IMG/VR virus record: IMGVR_UViG_3300042691_015660
Reading direction: 5' to 3' (one strand)
Length of the DNA stretch: 64,000 nucleotides
Origin: a virus
A model generated the notes under the pieces. That model did not search any database. It was not told the origin of the DNA and saw nothing but the letters and a program-made list of their open reading frames with translations. A program made the position numbers and the translations under genes. Below, piece by piece: positions 1 to 9,895 of this stretch (the first letter of the stretch is position 1; each line of letters begins with the position of its first letter).

Positions 1-485
1 CTATAATTTTCAATTAAATGTAAATTAAAAATATCGTCGCTAATTAAACAGGCTGATCGGTCCATGTCTACTACTCTTACTTTTCCAAATTTTAATTCTC
101 TAAAATATTGAAGAAGTTGTCCGTACCATCCTGCTAATATTAAAACATTTTTATGTTCTGTTCGAATTTTTCTCAATTCCTCTGCTAGCCATACCTTACT
201 TTGTACTTGACCTCTGCTAAAAGCATCTTGTAAATGTCTAGGATTATGTTCCTCTCTGTAATACTTATGAAAAGCAGTAAAAATATTATTATGAGTAAAT
301 TTTCTTAACATACTAATAAATTCTACAATATCAGCTTCTTCAGTTAAAGTAATCATTGGATTGTTAGCGTATAACATTTTTAAAATAAAATCTACATAAT
401 TACTAGATGTTTCGTCGCCTTGAAACTTAAAAAATTCTTGTAGCCCGTGTAACCAAGATATAGCACTTTTATCAACTTCTTCCAT
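1..485 (-). CDS. Putative class I SAM-dependent methyltransferase (partial, runs off the window start)
   Basis: Not in the ORF track. Translated by hand from the ATG at 485: MEEVDKSAISWLHGLQEFF...DAFSRGQVQSKVWLAEEL...NVLILAGWYGQL...VRVVDMDRSAC. This has a Gly-containing motif I and an acidic residue at the end of strand 2. It overlaps the stop of the upstream ORF. Confidence 0.6.
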   Translation of the reverse strand, partial: MEEVDKSAISWLHGLQEFFKFQGDETSSNYVDFILKMLYANNPMITLTEEADIVEFISMLRKFTHNNIFTAFHKYYREEHNPRHLQDAFSRGQVQSKVWLAEELRKIRTEHKNVLILAGWYGQLLQYFRELKFGKVRVVDMDRSACLISDDIFNLHLIENY

Positions 486-1158
486 TATAACTCCTATTAA
501 ATTGCTCTTTCAACCACGTAAAGTCATTAATTTTTTTTAATTCTTCTAAATTATCTTTATTCTCAATTCCATATTTTTCGCCGTCAATTGCTCCGCGAAT
601 AGCATATTCCCCAAATGGTCTATCATTACCTATAGTTTTCCAAACAAGTAGACGATTTTCTGTTTCGTCTGTCTTTTGTCTATCTATGACTTTACTAGAT
701 AATTTACAACACTCTCTAAAAGCACTTCTCCAAGTACTGAATGGTTCTGTATTAAAAGCAGTAATGTTACTAACTTCTGTCATAGGTTTAAAATGTTTAC
801 TGATACTAGTAGTCATATCTGGTCTAGTAGTATCCATATCTAGTGTAGCTAATCTGGGTAATAATTTTACTCCGCCAAATCCATACTCTAAGTCATTAAT
901 AGGATTACGACTTCTCCAAACATGTACAAAATTTGTTTCTTTTGTTGTGTAACTAAAATCAAAACTTTCTAAAATTTCAGCATCGGCATCTACTACCCAA
1001 AACATATTAGTAAAACATTTACTAGCTGCGGCAATGTGAGCCCGATGTATACCTGTAATTCCTGATACTCTTTTAGCCCACGGGAATCTATTAGCCAGAT
1101 ATTGCCAATTTTTTTCAGCATTTAATTCATTATAACTTATAAAAACAATATCGTACAT
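472..1158 (-). CDS. Glycosyltransferase-like protein (GT-A fold)
   Basis: YDIVFISYNE start, FWVVDAD DxD motif and YGFGGVKL. Clear paralog of 1158..2075. Confidence 0.55.
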   Translation of the reverse strand: MYDIVFISYNELNAEKNWQYLANRFPWAKRVSGITGIHRAHIAAASKCFTNMFWVVDADAEILESFDFSYTTKETNFVHVWRSRNPINDLEYGFGGVKLLPRLATLDMDTTRPDMTTSISKHFKPMTEVSNITAFNTEPFSTWRSAFRECCKLSSKVIDRQKTDETENRLLVWKTIGNDRPFGEYAIRGAIDGEKYGIENKDNLEELKKINDFTWLKEQFNRSYNGRS

Positions 1159-2075
1159 TACGAAATCACCATGTTATTTTTCATCCTTGGAGGATTTGTA
1201 TACAGCGTTTTAAACAGAATACTCTGGTTACCATTAAATGGAGCGTCTACATTGATACCTAATTCATGTTCTAGTGTTTCGCCTATACTTATTATTTCGT
1301 ATGGCAATATATCAGTAGATATTTTACTTTCTATTTCCTCCCAGAAAGCATTTAACCGTTTAAAATCTCTAACATTTAGATAATCCCACTCAGAGCAATT
1401 AGTCATATAACATCCTTGTCTAGCTCCATAGATTGCCCAAATGCCATTTTGTACATCCATCCCAACATGCATCCAAATTAATAAACGATGTAAATTTTTC
1501 CAGTGTATTTGTCTATCAAATGATCTATCCTTAGTAGGTTTAGAGCCTTCTAATAAACTCATCTTTACACCTTCGCGAAATCCTGCTCGCCATGCTTGTT
1601 GTGGACTACCGTTATTATAAACATCGCTCATACATTTGTCCATTTGAATATAATTTATATCCCAACAGAAATCGACTTGAGTTTTAGAATTGTCGGATTC
1701 AGCATTTTCATGTGTACGCATGTTTAAAATTAATTCTGTTGGCCAACATTTAATACCGCCATTTCCGTAAATTAATCCATTAATAACATTTCTTGCTCCC
1801 CAACTTATTACACAATTCATATCAGAATCATTGTAAAACTCTACTTCTTGATTAATTAATTCTGGCCTGACAATATTGTCACCGTCAATAATCACTACTC
1901 TTTCAGTTTCTGCTATTCTTGCACAAGCTTTGTGAGCACTATCACTTCCATCTACTCCGTGTACACGTTTAGCCCATGGTATTTTCGTTAACAGATCGGC
2001 GTAATTTTGTTCGGCATTTGGCTCATCATAACTTAGATAAACTATATCGCATTCTGCTACTTTTATTTTAGGCAT
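1158..2075 (-). CDS. Glycosyltransferase-like protein (GT-A fold)
   Basis: DIVYLSYDE, IIDGD DxD motif, YGNGGIKCWP and AWRAGFREG, all shared with 472..1158. Confidence 0.55.
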   Translation of the reverse strand: MPKIKVAECDIVYLSYDEPNAEQNYADLLTKIPWAKRVHGVDGSDSAHKACARIAETERVVIIDGDNIVRPELINQEVEFYNDSDMNCVISWGARNVINGLIYGNGGIKCWPTELILNMRTHENAESDNSKTQVDFCWDINYIQMDKCMSDVYNNGSPQQAWRAGFREGVKMSLLEGSKPTKDRSFDRQIHWKNLHRLLIWMHVGMDVQNGIWAIYGARQGCYMTNCSEWDYLNVRDFKRLNAFWEEIESKISTDILPYEIISIGETLEHELGINVDAPFNGNQSILFKTLYTNPPRMKNNMVIS

Positions 2076-2571
2076 AATCTATTCCGTAAGAGTCATGTAT
2101 TTTTTTAGTTAACACAATAAAATCTTCGTTGTGTTCTTCTAAATCAACAATAAATGGTATTGAGCTAATTTTTTTAGCAGGAACTTTAATTTCTCGAAAT
2201 AAGAAATTTAAATTATCTTTTTTACAGATGTAAAAACTAAATTCAACTAATTTAGCCTGATCGTCTAGTTTTATATCCCACGAAGATTTTTTCGAATTAT
2301 GAAATATTATTACTTGTTCTTTTCCAGTAGCTTTACTAATTTCATAGAAATCTTTATAAACAGAAATCGATGTTTCCGTTGTTAATTTTATCTGTTTAGT
2401 TCCAGAACCTAAACTTTGAATTTTAAATTTAGTAAAATCTTTTGATCCGTTTAAAAAATCCGATATCTCATTTTCTTCTGCTTCTATAAAATCTCCAGAA
2501 GATCTTTTTTCATTTGTAATAGAAGTTATATTTCCTTCTTCGTCATAATATACAAAAAATTTAAATGCCAC
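2068..2571 (-). CDS. Hypothetical protein in the glycosyltransferase cluster
   Basis: 167-aa ORF overlapping both neighbours. Confidence 0.6.
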   Translation of the reverse strand: MAFKFFVYYDEEGNITSITNEKRSSGDFIEAEENEISDFLNGSKDFTKFKIQSLGSGTKQIKLTTETSISVYKDFYEISKATGKEQVIIFHNSKKSSWDIKLDDQAKLVEFSFYICKKDNLNFLFREIKVPAKKISSIPFIVDLEEHNEDFIVLTKKIHDSYGIDYA

Positions 2572-3394
2572 AACTAACCTCTATTTTCTTTAAAATATTG
2601 TTTGTTAAGAAATTATCTTCTGTATAATGAAATACACCTTGTTGTAAAATGTTGTTTATTCTAAGTTGTAACTTGTCATTAAAATGAACACTCACTGTTG
2701 ATTGCCACGATGCTGGCGGCGGATACCATCCCTGAATAGCCGGTTTCATATGTGTAAAAATTAATGGGTTGGCTTTAGAAAATTCATTTTCAGCATTCAT
2801 AATCATTGTAGCTATAGCAGCACTTACATCCATACTACAAAACTTTTGAGTATTATTTCTTGTATGTTCATTATAAAATAATCTCCAATTTTGAACAATT
2901 ATTTCTAACCATTTATAAAACTCATAAGCTATTCTATCTTTTTTAAAGTAATGTAAACCAAAATAAACATTTGGTAATTTGTTATCCACAAAAGTTTTTC
3001 TATAAACATAATCATACACAGGAACGTTTCTATAAGTGACTACATTATTAGTTAATGCCACACTTTTGTTTTCTAAATAATCCCACCAGTGGTCATTAGA
3101 CGTGAGCAATAACATATCACTGTCATATACTATAGTTTCGTCAAATGGACTTATGTGTATTAATTTCCAACGATTTTCTATTTTCCAATTGCTATGTGCT
3201 GCATCGTCTGCCCACGGCACAGTTTCTATTCTGTCAAAAGCTTTTAAATATTTTAATGGAACAACTTCGTTTGTAATCAAACAAGTTTTATTATATTTGT
3301 TGAATTTTTTAATAGTTAACGCAGCAGCATAGGCTTGTGTAACATAATCTACTGTTGTATTCTGAGCAAAAAACAAATGACCTCTACTATTCAT
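2561..3394 (-). CDS. Glycosyltransferase-like protein (GT-A, GT8/mannosyltransferase-like)
   Basis: SPFDETIVYDSDMLL DxD motif, SMDVS motif and C-terminal FHY. Paralog of 3387..4217. Confidence 0.6.
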   Translation of the reverse strand: MNSRGHLFFAQNTTVDYVTQAYAAALTIKKFNKYNKTCLITNEVVPLKYLKAFDRIETVPWADDAAHSNWKIENRWKLIHISPFDETIVYDSDMLLLTSNDHWWDYLENKSVALTNNVVTYRNVPVYDYVYRKTFVDNKLPNVYFGLHYFKKDRIAYEFYKWLEIIVQNWRLFYNEHTRNNTQKFCSMDVSAAIATMIMNAENEFSKANPLIFTHMKPAIQGWYPPPASWQSTVSVHFNDKLQLRINNILQQGVFHYTEDNFLTNNILKKIEVSCGI

Positions 3395-4217
3395 AATACG
3401 CCCTTAGTAAACTAAACTTATTCATAACATGAACGTCTAGACCATTAGTTTTTACTCCAGTAAATTCTCCTAATACCTTTTCTTTTTCTACAAGAAAAGT
3501 CATAGATTCTTTGTTTATTTTTAAAAGAATATCTTTATCTAAAGTATAAAACATTTTACCTGGAAAAGTGTCAGAAAAAAGATCGCCATCATTACCGTTT
3601 AACAAATGTATAGCTATACTAAATGCATAATCATTTCTAAATTTTTTATCATTAATTTGATAAATTAATCTATAATACTCCCAATTATCTCTAATATATT
3701 CAATTAAGCTAAAAAATATTTCATTTGATTTCACTTTTGTAAAGTAAAAAACTGTAGCCCAATAGAATGGAATAGAATATTGATTAATATATTCGAACTC
3801 TGCTGTATTTCTCCATCCCGCTAAATCGCAAGATTTTCTAAAACATAAAAAATCTTTCTGTTGATTAAACACATTAAGCAAAAAATCAGAATTAATTACG
3901 TAGTCCACATCCATAACTAAAGTTTGATCATACGGAGTTATCTGATAGGAACTTGCTCTATTTGAATTTTTCCATGTATATCTTTCTGAAAATCCATGAC
4001 CATCGCAAAACTTTTTTGTTTGTCCTGTATTATCTTTTTTTCTAATAATATTATCAAATATGTTTGAATTAAAATTTTTATGTAGATAATCTTCGCTGTC
4101 AGTTATTATTGTAACCGGCAAATTTAAATAATGTTTAATACGTTCGGTTAGCTTTATAGCTAACTTAACATAATTCATTTCTGAATTTAACGCAAAAAGT
4201 AATATACCTTTGCTCAT
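3387..4217 (-). CDS. Glycosyltransferase-like protein (GT-A, GT8/mannosyltransferase-like)
   Basis: TPYDQTLVMDVDY DxD motif, RNDYAFSIA and VHVMNK. Confidence 0.6.
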   Translation of the reverse strand: MSKGILLFALNSEMNYVKLAIKLTERIKHYLNLPVTIITDSEDYLHKNFNSNIFDNIIRKKDNTGQTKKFCDGHGFSERYTWKNSNRASSYQITPYDQTLVMDVDYVINSDFLLNVFNQQKDFLCFRKSCDLAGWRNTAEFEYINQYSIPFYWATVFYFTKVKSNEIFFSLIEYIRDNWEYYRLIYQINDKKFRNDYAFSIAIHLLNGNDGDLFSDTFPGKMFYTLDKDILLKINKESMTFLVEKEKVLGEFTGVKTNGLDVHVMNKFSLLRAYYE

Positions 4218-4564
4218 AAATCTAATATACTCTTAGTATTTCTATTTTTTTTAAGTAAATCAAACTTAGAAAAGTAAGAATTATTTGCTTGGAAATGTTT
4301 ATCTAATAAGGATTCTAAAAACTTATCAATATCTTCTATTTGTATTGGCATAAAATTAGAATCAATTATTACTAATTTTTTTTCATTTGTTAAATCTTTT
4401 AAGGATTTAATGTACGTGATAGTAGCACTATCTGCTTTAAAAATTCCACCATTTTCGAAATGGAAAAGAGACTGTTCGTATTCTTCTTTTAAAATACGTT
4501 TTTGATTAGCAATGGTTGCCATGAGATTGCTAATTTCAAAGGCTTTTTCAATATTTTGATTCAC
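4214..4564 (-). CDS. Hypothetical protein
   Basis: 116-aa ORF with a GTG start and upstream GGAG. Its stop overlaps the start of the next gene. Confidence 0.6.
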   Translation of the reverse strand: MNQNIEKAFEISNLMATIANQKRILKEEYEQSLFHFENGGIFKADSATITYIKSLKDLTNEKKLVIIDSNFMPIQIEDIDKFLESLLDKHFQANNSYFSKFDLLKKNRNTKSILDL

Positions 4565-4625
4565 AAAAACTCCACAATTATAACAGTATATTATAATTAT
4601 GCGTTTTTAAGAGTAGGAGAGTGAA

Positions 4626-5588
4626 TTATGAACCGGTTAAGCCGGACGAAGATCCGGTAGGAGCAGTAACACTAACATTGCTACCTGAAGGTCTGAATAT
4701 AGTCACTACACTGCCAGTCGTTCCGGTAACTGTTTCATCGACTTTATTAGGATAAGGATCAGCTGGAGTAGTATCGTCTCCGATATCAGCATCTACAAAA
4801 TTAACAGTGATAATTACTTGTGAAGGATTTAGTGCGGTGTTTACTCTAGCTTGAATTTGATAATAATTTTCAGCATAGTTTCCGGCAGGAGCATTTTTAA
4901 TATATATTTGTTGATTTGTTGCTGTTAAATCATAAAAGCCGATAGCACTACCAGTACCCCGTTGATCAGAAGGACTTGTGTCGAAACTACCAGCAACTGT
5001 ATCTGTTAAGGTGTAATTCATATATATAGTGCCTTGACCTTTGACCGTGGCATTATCTCCTAACATGTTAGTCCAAACAGTGTCCTTAGATGTAGCAGCA
5101 GCACCTGATCTGTAAGCACGTATTCTTATATCTCCACCGGCATTAAAAAAATATCTAGCATCATTGTTTGTACTAAAATCAATTGTTATAGTATGAGTGA
5201 TTAAGACCTTCCAATTTGAAAAAGTCGAGGATCCACCAGTAATTGACTCTACACTACCTTGATTACTTGCTACTTCTCTTTTATTAGATGTTATAACATC
5301 TGCAAAAACATCTGCTTGATTCCAAACAGCATATGAAAGTTTTTCAGATGACGTTACTGCTACAAGACTACCTTCAGGATCTACTCCTGTTTGGTGATAC
5401 CTAGCTTTGATTAAATCGTTTCTTAAATTAGTCCAAGATGCTACAGAGATATCGTTATTCAATGATTCACTAGCACTCGAGAGTACTTGTCCATAACCAT
5501 CGGTATTTGTACCCATTACAGCATTAATTTTGTTATAAATTATGTTATAATCACTTGCTTGAATTTTTTGACCAATTGCTATAGTCAT
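4626..5588 (-). CDS. Virion structural protein (tail/baseplate-associated)
   Basis: Ser/Thr/Gly-rich. Shares ARYFFNAGGxIR, TSKDTxW and FRPSGSNVSVT with its paralog 5599..6507. Confidence 0.6.
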   Translation of the reverse strand: MTIAIGQKIQASDYNIIYNKINAVMGTNTDGYGQVLSSASESLNNDISVASWTNLRNDLIKARYHQTGVDPEGSLVAVTSSEKLSYAVWNQADVFADVITSNKREVASNQGSVESITGGSSTFSNWKVLITHTITIDFSTNNDARYFFNAGGDIRIRAYRSGAAATSKDTVWTNMLGDNATVKGQGTIYMNYTLTDTVAGSFDTSPSDQRGTGSAIGFYDLTATNQQIYIKNAPAGNYAENYYQIQARVNTALNPSQVIITVNFVDADIGDDTTPADPYPNKVDETVTGTTGSVVTIFRPSGSNVSVTAPTGSSSGLTGS

Positions 5589-5598
5589 TTATAGTCCT

Positions 5599-6507
5599 TT
5601 AAGCAAGAGAAGTTTGTGTAGCAGTTGGTCCGGTTACCGAGACATTACTACCAGATGGTCTAAAACTTGATACTGTACTTGTTAAGACACCCGTAACTGG
5701 TTCGTCTACCTTTGGGCCATACGGGGGCGGTCCAGGAGGAGGAACCGGACTATTTCCTAGATCGTCATCTCTGAATTCAATTCGAAAAGTAATTATACGG
5801 GGAGTAGTAGCATTATCTACTCTAGCTGCTATATTATAATCATTTTCTTGGTATGCGTAAACACTCGACCCTTTTATAAACAGTGTTTGAAAAGTAGTTG
5901 TCAAATTATAAAATCCTCTGGCACTTCCTGATCCGCTTCCTCCAGGTAAAAAACCTGAACTATTATGATTCATGTACAAAGTTCCCATACTAGACAATAC
6001 ATTCGTCCAGTTAGTGTCTTTACTTGTTGCTGCTGTTCCAGTCCTCGAAGCACTGAATCTTATTTGGCCGCCAGCATTAAAAAAATACCTAGCTCGTAAT
6101 GTATCAGTAAATGTCACTGTAACAGTATGAGTTATTGTTCCATTCCAAGCCAGTGTTCTAACGGCAGTTACTAAATTTTCAACTGTAGCTTGATTATTAG
6201 CTATGACACGTTGATTAGTGCTAATTAATGTGATAAAAGCATCATATTGATTAATAAGAGCTGTGGAGATATCAGTTGACGTTGTTACTGTAGATAGATT
6301 ACTACTTTCACTAACACCTGTTTGGTGTTGTCTTGTTTTTAACATATCTGTTCTTAGATTATCCCACATAGCTAACGTAAACGTTTCTCCTGCTTGAACA
6401 CTAGAGCTAGATAACACTTGTCCGTACCCAGTAGAGCCAAGACCCATAACTAGATTAAGTCTATCTCTTAAGTTATTATAAGTAGATGCAGTAATAGGTG
6501 TTGACAT
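5599..6507 (-). CDS. Virion structural protein (tail/baseplate-associated)
   Basis: Paralog of 4626..5588, located in the tail block. Confidence 0.6.
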   Translation of the reverse strand: MSTPITASTYNNLRDRLNLVMGLGSTGYGQVLSSSSVQAGETFTLAMWDNLRTDMLKTRQHQTGVSESSNLSTVTTSTDISTALINQYDAFITLISTNQRVIANNQATVENLVTAVRTLAWNGTITHTVTVTFTDTLRARYFFNAGGQIRFSASRTGTAATSKDTNWTNVLSSMGTLYMNHNSSGFLPGGSGSGSARGFYNLTTTFQTLFIKGSSVYAYQENDYNIAARVDNATTPRIITFRIEFRDDDLGNSPVPPPGPPPYGPKVDEPVTGVLTSTVSSFRPSGSNVSVTGPTATQTSLA

Positions 6508-6517
6508 AATTTTTCCG

Positions 6518-7990
6518 TTACAGCACTAGGCATTCGACTAATTTAACTGCAGCATCTTCATTTGTTTCTAATGCTACAGCAAATACATCTATATTATTAC
6601 CAAAAGCTGCTTGAGCAGTTCCGTTTGGTCCAGCTACTAACTTTTGACCTTTAATTACAGATCCTGTTATTTTTACAGGCACTCGGCCTTTTAGAGCAAT
6701 AGCTGTGCCGCCTTCTAAGTCGCTATTCATTAAATGTGCTGGATTTGCACTAACAGCTCCTATTGCTAACTGTCCTGGTGAACAAGCTGTTACTTCCTTT
6801 TCTCCGCCAATTACAACCACTGTTCCTACTTCATAATCAGTATCAGCTAGATATTTTTCAGCTAAGTCAGCAAATCTTGCTCTTGTAGCTGTTCCTTGAA
6901 ATAGAATAGCATAAATGTCGCCTGCGCTATCTCTTGCCGCAATAGTATTAACACTAGCTGCTGTAGAGGCAGAACGATATGTTCCGCCAACATTTAAAGT
7001 ATTTGCTTGTGTGGCTACACCGCTAAATGATAACGCATGAACAACATTATATTTTAAAGTAGTAGATCCAATATTTGACTGTATGTTAGAACCAGGTAAA
7101 ATATCATTTCCTACTAAAGTTAATGGCGTTTTTGTGCCCGCACTAGTAGTTTGAAATTTAATGGAATCAGCTAAATTATTCTTGATGACTGGAGTTACAC
7201 CGTCGACATCAATAAAAATCCCCAAATCATCACTATTTCCTATGGTAAGTCCGGGGTCTACAAATTTTGCTACTGCTGTGAATTGAGCAGTCGAAGCTTT
7301 AACATACTCAGTAGCGGATTCGCCGTTTAGTTTCAATGCGTTACTTGCTGTTCCCCAGAATCTATGGGCAGAAGATGTAATACCAGATGTTCCAGTGTTA
7401 GTCATAGTAACACCAGTTTTAATTTTTGTGAACCCTAACGCAGCTAAATCAGTATGAAAAGTAGTATCTAAATCGAAATCGGAGTCTGAATTAATAATAA
7501 AGACTACATCACCGTCTGCAACAGCTTCAATCACAGCATGATTAACATTGCCTAAATCTCTAATCGCTCTGGAACGCATAGCAGTGGTGCCAAAACCAGA
7601 CACACCTTGCGGGCCGATTAATACAAATTCTGTTCCGTTCTTGTTAGCGTACAGTTGATCATTGGCAGTGTCCCACCAAAAATCTCCGGTTGTAAGCCCT
7701 GACGGCGGTGCCGGGGAAACTTCTGCTCCTCCAGTAGTTCTCCACTTGGTAGCATCATAAAATTTTAATTTTTTAGTTCCGCTATCATACCAAATTTGCC
7801 CACTGATAGGCTTAGGAGGCGCAGTTGTTCCTGAAAAACTTTCAAGCATGTGTAATAAGTTTTCATTTTGAACTTCGCCGTATCCAGCATAATTTTTACC
7901 AATTAATTTAATATCTAATGTGGTATCAATTGTACCGTCCTCGATTACTGTTAATGTTGTCCCATTATATCTATCAATGCTGTATGGCAT
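6518..7990 (-). CDS. Tail fibre protein with C-terminal intramolecular chaperone-like domain
   Basis: N-terminal LIGKNYAGYGE..NEN...GQIWYD module shared with the next two genes. C-terminal ADLAEKYLAD...GTVVVIGG...IALKGRVPVK resembles the peptidase G2/IMC autocleavage domain. Confidence 0.7.
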   Translation of the reverse strand: MPYSIDRYNGTTLTVIEDGTIDTTLDIKLIGKNYAGYGEVQNENLLHMLESFSGTTAPPKPISGQIWYDSGTKKLKFYDATKWRTTGGAEVSPAPPSGLTTGDFWWDTANDQLYANKNGTEFVLIGPQGVSGFGTTAMRSRAIRDLGNVNHAVIEAVADGDVVFIINSDSDFDLDTTFHTDLAALGFTKIKTGVTMTNTGTSGITSSAHRFWGTASNALKLNGESATEYVKASTAQFTAVAKFVDPGLTIGNSDDLGIFIDVDGVTPVIKNNLADSIKFQTTSAGTKTPLTLVGNDILPGSNIQSNIGSTTLKYNVVHALSFSGVATQANTLNVGGTYRSASTAASVNTIAARDSAGDIYAILFQGTATRARFADLAEKYLADTDYEVGTVVVIGGEKEVTACSPGQLAIGAVSANPAHLMNSDLEGGTAIALKGRVPVKITGSVIKGQKLVAGPNGTAQAAFGNNIDVFAVALETNEDAAVKLVECLVL

Positions 7991-8024
7991 CTAATTACCC
8001 CTTAACTTTATATATTTAGTTTGA

Positions 8025-9887
8025 TTACGGTGTTATGATTGGTCCGCTACCATTGCCAGTCCAGATCCAAACACCACTTGATATCTGGAATAATTTAACA
8101 ATTCTAGAAACTTGTACAGTAGCACTACCTAAATCTATACTAGCATTGGTATCAAAATCCTGTAGTACTGGTTCGTTTGGTTTAGCTCCTATATTAGCAG
8201 TATTATCTACAGCAATATAGTATTTTACAAAATCCCCAGATGTATCAAGCGGACCGGTACTAGATGTAAACGACACTGATGGATAAGAAACTAATTGATA
8301 TGTACAAAGAATTCGTGCTATTGTTCCCTCTTCAAAATCAGGATACGGTGCTATCTCATCTAATACTACCGCAATATCATTGTCAGACAACCCGGTACAA
8401 TCCATGCTTAAAGCCAACGGTTTTGTTTTAACTTGTGTTTCTAGAGTAGTCAAGTTCACAGCATCGTTAGGGTTAACTGGGCTGGATAAATTAGTTATTC
8501 TTGAACTTGCTACATTTACATTAGCTGTGCCATCTGGGCTAAGAATTATATCCTGCGAGCTAGCAGCTATAGTACTAATAGTGTTACCGTTTAAATTAAT
8601 ATCATCTACTGTTAAGAATGTCAATCCAGATAATGTTGTAATACCAGGAGCAGAAGTAATACCAGATCCTAGACTAGTTCCATCAATTACTTTTACTCCG
8701 TTAATTCTATACTCTTTTCCAACTGCTAGATCCCAATGTTCGCTACTTTTCCAAGAACTTACCGGAGCTTTGCTCCAGATAATACTATGATCTGTTGTTC
8801 CTCTTAAAACTATACCGCCTTGGTTAGCATAATCGTCTGATACTGAACTATCTTGATTTGCGGCTAATTCAATAATATGATCTTCAACAACTAAATTATT
8901 AGTATTAATTGTAGTTGTAGATCCTTCAACTAGTAGATCTCCTGTGATTCTTAGGTCTCCACTTACATCTAAAGTGTAAGCAGGAGTAGATTGAAAAATT
9001 CCTACTTTGCTAGAAGCAGCGTTAATAGTAATTGCGTCATTAGTACCTAAAGAATTTTTAACAAGTATTCTAAAATTCTGATTAGTTATATTCGACTTTA
9101 ACTGAAAATTACTTCCGTCTGCTATAACTTCATTATTTCCTAAGCTACCTAAAATTAAAGGCATTGAATTAGCTATAGAAACTGTGCCAGTCGTTCCAGT
9201 AGACTGATTCGTTCTCATAAAGAAGTTAGGACTAATTACATTACCTACGTCATCTATTAAATTATTTGCTCTAGTAGCAGTTACATTAAATTTTAATCCA
9301 CTTAATGTACTAGCATTAAATCCTGGACCAATGGCTCCAGTAAATCCTGGGATAGCCAACTTAGGAAAAAACTGTAATACTTCTTTACTCCAAATACCTA
9401 ATAATGTACTGCCAGCCCATTGTTTTACAATAACTCTTGGTATATTATTTGTATCAAAAATTGTTTCTACAGTTTCACCGCTGATCCCTTGACTATCTTT
9501 ATAAATTGGGCCGGCTAATTGCAAATCTGTTCCGTCGTAAAAATACAGTTGATTTTCTGCGCTATCAATCCATAGATCGCCTTGTACCAATGTTACAGGT
9601 GTTTCTCCTGACACAATTGGGCCGCTACCTAACCTAAATCCACTACCATCATAGGCCTTGAGCCTATTTTCTGTAGTGTCATACCATAATTGTCCTCGAA
9701 CAGGATTACTTGGTTGACTTTCTGAAGCAAAATTTTCTAATAGTTTTACAAAATTTTCATTAATATACTCGCCATAGCCAGAAACATTTTTACCGATTAA
9801 TGTTAGATCCGTAGCGGTTTGATCAATAGCACTGTCTACTATCTCAGTTAATAACGAACCATCTGTTTTATTAATTTGATAAGCCAT
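8025..9887 (-). CDS. Tail fibre/baseplate-attached structural protein
   Basis: Same N-terminal module (LIGKNVSGYGE..NEN..GQLWYD). Contains fibre repeats such as GDLLVEGSTTTINT and RITNLSSP...DAVN. Confidence 0.7.
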   Translation of the reverse strand: MAYQINKTDGSLLTEIVDSAIDQTATDLTLIGKNVSGYGEYINENFVKLLENFASESQPSNPVRGQLWYDTTENRLKAYDGSGFRLGSGPIVSGETPVTLVQGDLWIDSAENQLYFYDGTDLQLAGPIYKDSQGISGETVETIFDTNNIPRVIVKQWAGSTLLGIWSKEVLQFFPKLAIPGFTGAIGPGFNASTLSGLKFNVTATRANNLIDDVGNVISPNFFMRTNQSTGTTGTVSIANSMPLILGSLGNNEVIADGSNFQLKSNITNQNFRILVKNSLGTNDAITINAASSKVGIFQSTPAYTLDVSGDLRITGDLLVEGSTTTINTNNLVVEDHIIELAANQDSSVSDDYANQGGIVLRGTTDHSIIWSKAPVSSWKSSEHWDLAVGKEYRINGVKVIDGTSLGSGITSAPGITTLSGLTFLTVDDINLNGNTISTIAASSQDIILSPDGTANVNVASSRITNLSSPVNPNDAVNLTTLETQVKTKPLALSMDCTGLSDNDIAVVLDEIAPYPDFEEGTIARILCTYQLVSYPSVSFTSSTGPLDTSGDFVKYYIAVDNTANIGAKPNEPVLQDFDTNASIDLGSATVQVSRIVKLFQISSGVWIWTGNGSGPIITP

Positions 9888-9895
9888 TGTAATCC

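Noticed and set aside
4577-4595. Sigma70 extended -10 (TGTTATAAT) promoter for the glycosyltransferase cassette
   Set aside because: The spacer is very AT-rich with two TATAAT copies and no -35, and the implied start would fall on the ribosome-binding site. It is too ambiguous to call.
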